From NCBI GenBank assembly GCA_048940445.1, contig JBHLON010000001.1:1-64000 (forward strand): a DNA stretch of 64,000 nucleotides. The letters run 5' to 3'. The notes under the pieces were generated by a model. That model was not told the origin of the DNA and did not search any database. It saw only the letters and a program-made list of their open reading frames with translations. Shown piece by piece: positions 56,886 to 64,000 of this stretch (the first letter of the stretch is position 1; every line of letters begins with the position of its first letter). Both the position numbers and the translations under genes were made by a program. The stretch comes from Promethearchaeota archaeon (GTDB taxonomy: Archaea; Asgardarchaeota; Lokiarchaeia; Sigyniarchaeales; SOKP01).

Positions 56886-58250
56886 ATGAGTAAGATGAAA
56901 AGAATATCTCGTTTTAAAAAGGAATTATGTAATCTATGTGGTGAATGTTTCCACTTATGCCCTGTTTTAGAGTTACCTATAGAAGAAGCTAAAATAGAAA
57001 TTAAAAATTTAATTGAATCTAAAAAAACTAAGCATGTTCTGTATAAATGCAATACTTGTTTTTCTTGTAATATATATTGTCCTCAGCATGCAAATCCTTA
57101 TAATCTAATTCTGGAAAGATGGAATGATTTGTATAAGATGAGAGGGGCACCTCCATTATATCGATTTGTTTGTCCTACTGAACAATCAAATATATGGCAA
57201 CTTCTTAATGTATTTCTATCAGAAAAGGAGAGAAAATGGATTTTTAGATGGATGCATGATGTCCCAAAACCAAATGAAACTATACTACTGATTGGAAATT
57301 ATACCCATTTATTTCCATTTATAATTGGTGGAAGCAAATTATTAGATTATTTCAAGCCAGTTGATCTAATTGATCAGTGGGAGGGCGGAGCCTACTTATA
57401 TCAAGGGGGTTATTTAGACGTAGTTCAAAAAATCGCTCAAAGAACCAAGCATGATTTTGATAAATGGGGAGTTAAAAATGTGGTTACCACTTTAGATGCT
57501 GTTGAGTATATATATAATGAGGTCCATCCTAAAGAGATGGGTGTAAAACATAATCAAAATTTCATTAACTTTAATCAATGGATATTAAACAATATTGCCT
57601 CGAAAGAGATAAAATTAGTGGAGAATCTCAATTTAAAAGTAACTATCCATGATAATTGTTATTCTAAAGCATTAGAGGATACTTATTGGGAAGTGCCAAG
57701 GGAAATATTAAAGAAATGTGGTTGCTGTATTATAGAGATGACACACAATAGAAAAGATGCATTATGTTGTGGATTTGGTTCAGGAGCATCATGGACAAAA
57801 AATATTTCGATAGTGTTCGATATTATTACTGAAGGTATTAAAAAGTTTAAAGAGGCAGAGAAAACGGGAGCAGATGCTTTAATCTCCTACTGTGGAGGAT
57901 GCCTTTATTTATTATGGGCTACTCGAGAGTTAATAAGAAGTAAAATAAATATTTTTCATATTATAGAAATTGTAAGAATGGGAATGGGTGAAAATCTAAA
58001 TTATCCAAGAGATCATATTAATAGAGCATGGGACATAATAGCAATTATTACTTATTCTCTAATTTTATCATTTTTTAAAAGAAATTTCTTTATACACAAA
58101 ATAACTTATGATAAAAAATTAAGTACTTTTATACCCAAAGAGTATTTGTTTCTAAGAAGTATTAGGTATATATTAGATTTTCCCTTAATGAAAGGTTTAT
58201 TTTCAAAGTTATTTTATTTATTAAGAATTATTTTGAAATCTAAGAGGTGA
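56886..58250 (+). CDS. HdrD/GlcF-like (Fe-S)-binding paralog with a degenerate first CCG domain
   Basis: CNLCGECFHLCP, CNTCFSCNIYCP, HDNC, CCGFG, YCGGC. Confidence 0.85.
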   Translation: MSKMKRISRFKKELCNLCGECFHLCPVLELPIEEAKIEIKNLIESKKTKHVLYKCNTCFSCNIYCPQHANPYNLILERWNDLYKMRGAPPLYRFVCPTEQSNIWQLLNVFLSEKERKWIFRWMHDVPKPNETILLIGNYTHLFPFIIGGSKLLDYFKPVDLIDQWEGGAYLYQGGYLDVVQKIAQRTKHDFDKWGVKNVVTTLDAVEYIYNEVHPKEMGVKHNQNFINFNQWILNNIASKEIKLVENLNLKVTIHDNCYSKALEDTYWEVPREILKKCGCCIIEMTHNRKDALCCGFGSGASWTKNISIVFDIITEGIKKFKEAEKTGADALISYCGGCLYLLWATRELIRSKINIFHIIEIVRMGMGENLNYPRDHINRAWDIIAIITYSLILSFFKRNFFIHKITYDKKLSTFIPKEYLFLRSIRYILDFPLMKGLFSKLFYLLRIILKSKR

Positions 58251-58256
58251 AAAAGC

Positions 58257-58538
58257 ATGTTTGTTCATATGTCAATTCATCATCCGAAAGAAGGAAAAGA
58301 ATCACTTCTAATTGAATCTATGCATCGCTTTGGTAAAGCAATGGAGGGAAAAAAAGGTCTTATTATGGCGTGCACTACCAAAGATGAAGAAAAAAATTAT
58401 CTTATTGGACTTGCAATCTGGGATTCAAAAGAAGATTGGTTAGCAGCAAGACCAGTAATGATTGAAGCTGTAAAAGATGATCCTTTTGATGAATGGGAAG
58501 AAAAACCTCCTGAGGTTTATCATTCAGTTAAAGTATAA
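58257..58538 (+). CDS. ABM (antibiotic biosynthesis monooxygenase)-like dimeric alpha-beta barrel protein
   Basis: H.PKEGKE, G.I, L...A.WDSKE. Confidence 0.8.
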   Translation: MFVHMSIHHPKEGKESLLIESMHRFGKAMEGKKGLIMACTTKDEEKNYLIGLAIWDSKEDWLAARPVMIEAVKDDPFDEWEEKPPEVYHSVKV

Positions 58539-58549
58539 AATGAAAGATT

Positions 58550-59602
58550 ATGGATGGATTTAATCCAAAATTTCAAATACGATCAAAATATCAAGAAAGA
58601 ATAAATGAGAAAATATCTCGATGTTTAATTTGTGAACGTAAATGTAAAATTACAACTGGTAACTTAGGATATTGTCAAACTCGCATTAATCTTGATGGAG
58701 AGATTTATAGTATAGTTTATGGTTTAATTCCCGCTTTATCTTACAATCCAATTGAAAAGAAACCACTATACCATTTTTATCCTAGATCAACTGCGATTAC
58801 GGTTGGAACATATGGATGTAATTTTAGCTGTTTTTGGTGCCAGAATTATCATATTTCACATCCCAGTGAAGAAATTCATCAATTAACGAAAGAGTTTAAA
58901 AAGTATATAGACCCGAAAAGCTTAATTGAGATGGCCATACAGCATAATTGTCGAGGAACTTCAATTTCTTTCAATGAACCAACGTTGCTTTTTGAATATT
59001 CGTTAGAAGTTTTTAAGTTAGCTAAGGCACAAGGTCTATACAATACATATGTAACCAATGGATATATGACTGATTATGTTTTGCAAGATTTAATCAAACA
59101 CGGATTAGATGCTATGAATATTGATATAAAAGGAGACGCGGATATGGTTAAGAAGTATTGCGGAGCAGATGTTGAGTATGTATGGAGAAATGCCAAAGTT
59201 GCCAAAGAGTTAGGTGTGCATGTTGAAGTGACTACCCTCCTAATCGAGAATTTCAATACGAGTAAAAAGGTAATAGAGGAAATCTCTCAGAGAATCTTAG
59301 AAGATTTAGGCAAGGAAACTCCGTTTCACCTAACTCGATTCTTTCCACATTATAAATCACGTGAATATAATTTATTTAACCCCACCCCTGAACATCTTCT
59401 ATATGAAGCTTATGAAATTGTAAAAGAAGTAGGTTTAGATTATGTTTATTTAGGAAATTTATCAAAATCCAAATATGAAAATACATATTGTCCTAATTGT
59501 TCTAAATTGGCAATTCAACGTTCTGGGTATACTGTTGATGTCTTCAATCTAGATACTGATGGTAAATGTAGGTCTTGTGGTAAATTCATTGCATATATCT
59601 GA
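58550..59602 (+). CDS. amrS: AmmeMemoRadiSam system radical SAM enzyme
   Basis: C.IC.R.C, PIEKKPLYHFYP, GCNFSCFWCQN, NEPT, NID.K, HVEVTTL, P.H.TRFFP, YVYLGN, TYCP.C. Confidence 0.93.
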   Translation: MDGFNPKFQIRSKYQERINEKISRCLICERKCKITTGNLGYCQTRINLDGEIYSIVYGLIPALSYNPIEKKPLYHFYPRSTAITVGTYGCNFSCFWCQNYHISHPSEEIHQLTKEFKKYIDPKSLIEMAIQHNCRGTSISFNEPTLLFEYSLEVFKLAKAQGLYNTYVTNGYMTDYVLQDLIKHGLDAMNIDIKGDADMVKKYCGADVEYVWRNAKVAKELGVHVEVTTLLIENFNTSKKVIEEISQRILEDLGKETPFHLTRFFPHYKSREYNLFNPTPEHLLYEAYEIVKEVGLDYVYLGNLSKSKYENTYCPNCSKLAIQRSGYTVDVFNLDTDGKCRSCGKFIAYI

Positions 59603-59680
59603 TGAAAAAATCAATTGAGTATTTTAATCTTTAACTTTTAAATAGAAACATTATTTTTTAATTACCAATTTCAATAATTA

Positions 59681-60520
59681 ATGACTGAATTATTCGCTGA
59701 TGTAAATGGAATAAAGATTTGTTATGAGATAAAAGGTGATGGTGCCCCTGCTTTTCTAATTCATGGTTTTGCATCTAAAAAGGAAAGCTGGTTACCTCAA
59801 TTCGGTCCTTTATCTGAACATTTTAAGGTGATTAGATATGATAATCGTGGATCAGGAGCATCAGATCGCCCAAATCAACCATATACAATGGAATTGTTTG
59901 CTGATGATCTCGATGGTTTAATGAGTTTCTTAAAACTTGAAAAAGCGCATATAATTGGACAATCTTCAGGAGGAATGATTGCACAACACTTTGCTGTAAA
60001 ATATCCTCATAAAGTAAATAAACTTGTTTTGATTAACACTATCGCTAAATTTCCAGAGGATAGGTCAGGTATAGAAGTTTATATTAATAGTCAAATCGCA
60101 AGATATGAAGCAAGATTAAAAGATCCAGTTAAAGCTTTCTTTGATTCTGCACCAAGTAGCTATACTTTAAAATTTAGAAAAATGATGAAAAATGATATAA
60201 AAAAAAAGTTTTTTGGTCTTTTTTCAGCAGAAGATTTAATAAAAGAGCCAACTATTCGACCTGCAAATCCCCAAGATATTAGAAATCAAGCAAATGCACT
60301 CCGTACTCATAATATATTAGATCGATTACATGAAATTAAATGCGAAACCTTAATTATGTGTGCATCAAATGATAGACAAATGCCAGTATCTGGGAATCAA
60401 CAAATTCATGAAAAGATTCCAAGTAGTAAATTTGTAGTGATTAAGAATGCGGGACATGGTTCTCCAAAAGAAAAAGCGCCTGAAATCAATCAAAACATCA
60501 TTAATTTTCTTAAAGGATAA
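59681..60520 (+). CDS. Alpha/beta hydrolase, tandem copy 1
   Basis: HGF, DNRG.G.SD.P, GQSSGG, D, GH. Confidence 0.92.
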   Translation: MTELFADVNGIKICYEIKGDGAPAFLIHGFASKKESWLPQFGPLSEHFKVIRYDNRGSGASDRPNQPYTMELFADDLDGLMSFLKLEKAHIIGQSSGGMIAQHFAVKYPHKVNKLVLINTIAKFPEDRSGIEVYINSQIARYEARLKDPVKAFFDSAPSSYTLKFRKMMKNDIKKKFFGLFSAEDLIKEPTIRPANPQDIRNQANALRTHNILDRLHEIKCETLIMCASNDRQMPVSGNQQIHEKIPSSKFVVIKNAGHGSPKEKAPEINQNIINFLKG

Positions 60521-60524
60521 ATAG

Positions 60525-61370
60525 GTGATAAATATAACAGAACAATTTGCTGCTGTAAATGGAATAAAAATTTGTTATGAAGAAGAAGGGAAAGGTTACC
60601 CTGTTATTCTAGTGCATGGATTTGGAGGCAACAAAGAAGGATGGATAGGACAATGGAAACCTTTATCTGAGCATTTTAAGGTTATTAGATTTGACAATAG
60701 AAATGGGGGTAAATCAGATCGTCCAAACAAACCAAATAGTTTAGATATACTCGCTGATGATATTAAAGGACTAATAAACTATTTACAAATAGATAAAGCT
60801 CATATTATTGGCTGGTCAATGGGAGGCATTATTACTCAAAAATTTGCTATAAATTATCCTAATAGCTTAGAGAAACTAGTCTTGATAAATACCGTGATGG
60901 GATCTCCAGACGAAAAAGGTATTGAGATAATCAGGAATAATACTTTAGAAGAATTAGAGCTAAGAAAGGAGGATCAAGTAAAAGCATTTTGGAAAAGTGC
61001 ACATTTAGGTTTTTATTTTAAATTTAGAAAAGAAATGAAAGCAAATCCACGAAAGGAATTTTATGGGTTATGGTCAGTTGAAGATTTAATTAAATTTCAG
61101 AATTTAAATTCTCCAACTCCACAAGATATAATAAATCAATCTTATGCACTCTATCCGCCTATCACATATGAGGAATTAAAGCAGATTAACAATCAGACAT
61201 TATTGATTGCATCCTCTCATGATAGATTAACATCTAGTAAATCAATGATTGAAATTCAGCATGCAATCCCAAATAGCACATTAAAGGTAATTGAAAACGC
61301 TGGACATAATTCACCTCTCTCAAGAGCTCCCGAAGTTAATAAAGCAATAATTGAATTTTTGAAACAATGA
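60525..61370 (+). CDS. Alpha/beta hydrolase, tandem copy 2
   Basis: HGFGG, GWSMGG, HD, AGH. Confidence 0.92.
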   Translation: MINITEQFAAVNGIKICYEEEGKGYPVILVHGFGGNKEGWIGQWKPLSEHFKVIRFDNRNGGKSDRPNKPNSLDILADDIKGLINYLQIDKAHIIGWSMGGIITQKFAINYPNSLEKLVLINTVMGSPDEKGIEIIRNNTLEELELRKEDQVKAFWKSAHLGFYFKFRKEMKANPRKEFYGLWSVEDLIKFQNLNSPTPQDIINQSYALYPPITYEELKQINNQTLLIASSHDRLTSSKSMIEIQHAIPNSTLKVIENAGHNSPLSRAPEVNKAIIEFLKQ

Positions 61371-61382
61371 TATAGTTAAACA

Positions 61383-62234
61383 ATGACTGAAGCTTATGCT
61401 AAGATAAATGGAATTAAAATTTGTTATGATGTATTAGGTAAGGGATATCCTGTCATTTTAGTGCATGGTTTCGGGGACAAGAAGGAACATTTTCGTGCAC
61501 AAGTAGGCGATTTATCTGGATATTTCAAAGTAATACGTTTTGACAACAGAGGTGCTGGAAAATCTGATAGGCCTCCAGGACCATATACTATGGAGATTTA
61601 TGCTGATGATGTAAATGCATTAATGGATGATTTAGAAATTGAAAAAGCCAACATCGTGGGTCATTCATTTGGGGGTATGATTGTGCAATACTTTGTGTTA
61701 AAATATCCCCATCGTGTGAATAAGGTTGTTTTAATAAATACTTTTCCTGGATTAAGTAAAGCCGATGTATTCAATGAAAAAGGGTTTGAAATGTATCAAA
61801 ATAATGCTATTGAGGGGTCAAAGGAGTTTATGAAAGATCCTCTAAAAAATTTTTTAAAAGGTGCTAAATATAGCTACTCACGTCCATTCTGGAAATTAAT
61901 GATGCAAAATCCCAAAAAAAAATTTCATAATATATGGTCAGTCGAGGATTTAGTAGAAGAAAAACTTACAAATCCCACCACGGCTAATGATATAAAAAAT
62001 CAACTAGCCGCGATTAAAACCTATAATGTATATAATAAACTTCATGAAATTAAAAAAGAAGTATTAATTTTATGTGCTGAGAAAGACAAAACAACTCCCA
62101 AATTAGTTAATCAAAAAATCCATGAGCAAATTCCAAATAGTAAATTAGTAGTTATCAAAAAAGCGGCTCATCAATCTATTTTAGAAAAAGCTCCAGATAT
62201 TAATAAATATATAATAGACTTTTTGAAGGATTAG
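61383..62234 (+). CDS. Alpha/beta hydrolase, tandem copy 3
   Basis: HGF, GHSFGG, KD, AAH. Confidence 0.92.
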   Translation: MTEAYAKINGIKICYDVLGKGYPVILVHGFGDKKEHFRAQVGDLSGYFKVIRFDNRGAGKSDRPPGPYTMEIYADDVNALMDDLEIEKANIVGHSFGGMIVQYFVLKYPHRVNKVVLINTFPGLSKADVFNEKGFEMYQNNAIEGSKEFMKDPLKNFLKGAKYSYSRPFWKLMMQNPKKKFHNIWSVEDLVEEKLTNPTTANDIKNQLAAIKTYNVYNKLHEIKKEVLILCAEKDKTTPKLVNQKIHEQIPNSKLVVIKKAAHQSILEKAPDINKYIIDFLKD

Positions 62235-62256
62235 AAACTGTTTATGATGATGAGCA

Positions 62257-63504
62257 TTAAATTTCGAATATTAATTCTTGAATTGTTGTTTCTTTCTTTT
62301 TCTTCTCGATTTTTTTAAATCCCATTAGAAAAGGAACTAAGGCTATAGCACCAATTACAAAACTTAAGGAAAAAGGAGCAAAAAAGTTAAGCATAGAATA
62401 ACCCATTAAAGGTCCTATAATTTGTGCGAAACTGTCTAATCCAGATGAATAGCCATTAATCTTACCCTGTTCTCTTGGTGATACAGATTGACTAATTTTA
62501 CTATTTAGAGGGCCTCGAGTTAAAGAAGCCGCAAAACTAATAACTAATATTAAAATAAAAAACATAATTACTGAAATAGAAAAACCTACAATTAAAAAAG
62601 AGACTAAAAACATACCTAAACCAAGCAATATAGCTCTATTTTCTCCTAATTTATTGATAGCAGGTTTAAAAAGAGTAAATCTTATTGTAGCTCGAAATAT
62701 TCCAGAAATCATTAATAAAATCCCAATTTCAGAAGCTTCCATGCCAAATACAATTTTGGCAAAAAGTGCTAATGATGACATTGCAATCATGAATGAAACA
62801 CTATGAAAGCCAAATAATGTTAAATAAAACATAGCGCTCTTATTTTTACTAATTTTAATTACGATTCTTGTTTTTAATTCATGAGATTGATGGCGTTTCC
62901 ATTTAGGCCAAGTTTCTTTTAATATAAAAATTGTAATAATCATAGTAAAAACAGATAATCCTGCAGCAAGTAAGCCAGGGAGTAAAAGTCCACCAAGACC
63001 GTAGAGGATTCCCCCAAAGGCTGGTCCAATAAGAGAAGCTAATACATGGGCAACACCTACATTTGCCATTTGAATACTTCTATCTTTTGGTGGCACTTCA
63101 TCACCAATAATAGCTTTTGCAATCGGAAAGTTACCGCCGAAAACGCCATCCACCATGCGTGATATAATAATCATCCAAATGGAATTAGAAAAAGCTAGCA
63201 TTAAAAATCCTGCAAAAGTGCCTCCCTGGGAGATTAAGAGTAAAGGTTTTCTCCCATATTTATCACTTAATTTTCCTAATAGCGGCCCAAAAATGAATGA
63301 GAACATGGCATTTACAGAAAGAATCATCCCCATTAAAAAATATTCTAGATGAAAATCGTCAGCAATATAAGGTGCCATTGGTAAAATCATTGAGAACCCT
63401 ATAATATCAATGAATACAGCAATCCAGAGTGGAGCTAGGGTTCGATATTTAAATATTTTCCTATTATTCGGCGACGTAATGCTATTTGGAGACTCTTCAA
63501 TCAT
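62257..63504 (-). CDS. MFS transporter (TetA/DHA1-like)
   Basis: FID..GF....P, GKLSDKYGRKP, R..DG..GG, GP..GG; 12 TM helices. Confidence 0.93.
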   Translation of the reverse strand: MIEESPNSITSPNNRKIFKYRTLAPLWIAVFIDIIGFSMILPMAPYIADDFHLEYFLMGMILSVNAMFSFIFGPLLGKLSDKYGRKPLLLISQGGTFAGFLMLAFSNSIWMIIISRMVDGVFGGNFPIAKAIIGDEVPPKDRSIQMANVGVAHVLASLIGPAFGGILYGLGGLLLPGLLAAGLSVFTMIITIFILKETWPKWKRHQSHELKTRIVIKISKNKSAMFYLTLFGFHSVSFMIAMSSLALFAKIVFGMEASEIGILLMISGIFRATIRFTLFKPAINKLGENRAILLGLGMFLVSFLIVGFSISVIMFFILILVISFAASLTRGPLNSKISQSVSPREQGKINGYSSGLDSFAQIIGPLMGYSMLNFFAPFSLSFVIGAIALVPFLMGFKKIEKKKKETTIQELIFEI

Positions 63505-63596
63505 AAAGATTAATCCAATAATAGTCGATAAAATATCCTAAATTAAGTTCATAAAATAAATAAAGAAAGTTGATTTTAATCTTAAAGATTTTTGAT

Positions 63597-64000
63597 TTAT
63601 TCTAGTTCGATAGTATACTTTTGAGTAGCAAAAATTATTCCGTTTTCATCTATATTTCCACTATCAGTCTTTATATTATATGGTTTAATTGAAATTGTAA
63701 ATTTGTCATCTTTTGTCGTCCAACATGCAAGATTTAAAACATTATCTTGCTTTAGTAGCTTATCCATAACATAGAAATCATGTTGCGGCCCAAATTCACC
63801 CCAATATTTGCCAATATAAAATCCATTAAGGAAGATATGCGCATTGTGTTTTCCTTCTAAATGAATTCTTAATGGTATTCTAGTATTATCATCAACATTC
63901 AATTCAAAGGTGGTCTTAAACCATAAAATTTGATCTTTAGGTGTAATCGACGGGTTACCTTGAAGTTCAATCCAGTCTTTAATTTCTCCCAGATGATAAC
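63597..64000 (-). CDS. C-terminal jelly-roll domain of a probable GH35 beta-galactosidase (5' part outside the window)
   Basis: Frame open to the window edge: WFKTTF...AHIFLNG..IGKYW...GPQHDFYV...N.L.L. Confidence 0.7.
   Translation of the reverse strand, partial: YHLGEIKDWIELQGNPSITPKDQILWFKTTFELNVDDNTRIPLRIHLEGKHNAHIFLNGFYIGKYWGEFGPQHDFYVMDKLLKQDNVLNLACWTTKDDKFTISIKPYNIKTDSGNIDENGIIFATQKYTIELE

Noticed and set aside
1-64000. Selenocysteine/pyrrolysine read-through, tRNA/rRNA, CRISPR arrays, IS elements
   Set aside because: The redox ORFs look full-length without internal stops, and I saw no GC-rich structural RNA, repeat-spacer array or transposase. This was by eye only.

Overview
AT-rich (roughly 30% GC by eye) archaeal chromosome segment. 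It is most likely from an Asgard archaeon of the Lokiarchaeia type; this is inferred from stand-alone longin-like proteins, a SAMP/MoaD, archaeal IorAB/AcdA, a SIR2-TPR protein and expanded alpha/beta hydrolases. Four blocks: (1) 1-9.1 kb: a divergent B12-dependent acyl-CoA mutase (runs off the left edge), duplicated Cys-rich microproteins, membrane hydrolases and an acyl-CoA dehydrogenase. (2) 9.2-20.8 kb: an accessory block, nearly all on the minus strand, that I cannot assign to a known system. It holds an orphan Imm63, two paralogous DWPY coiled coils, a tandem OsmC, two longin-like proteins, a translationally coupled pair of coiled-coil/winged-helix proteins, a P-loop NTPase, a 3-TM protein and SIR2-TPR. 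(3) 21-52 kb: anaerobic aromatic catabolism, with a ferredoxin-fused ETF, IorBA, AcdA, a tungsten AOR, a dehydratase and activase, thiolase, CoA ligase and a complete Bzd-type benzoyl-CoA pathway (oah-dch-had-bzdNOPQ-ferredoxin-bzdV). A shared palindrome ATGGG-N8-CCCR lies upstream of four of its transcription units. (4) 52-64 kb: miscellaneous metabolic genes. I saw no rRNA, tRNA, CRISPR array or transposase. All product calls come from motif recognition, not database searches.
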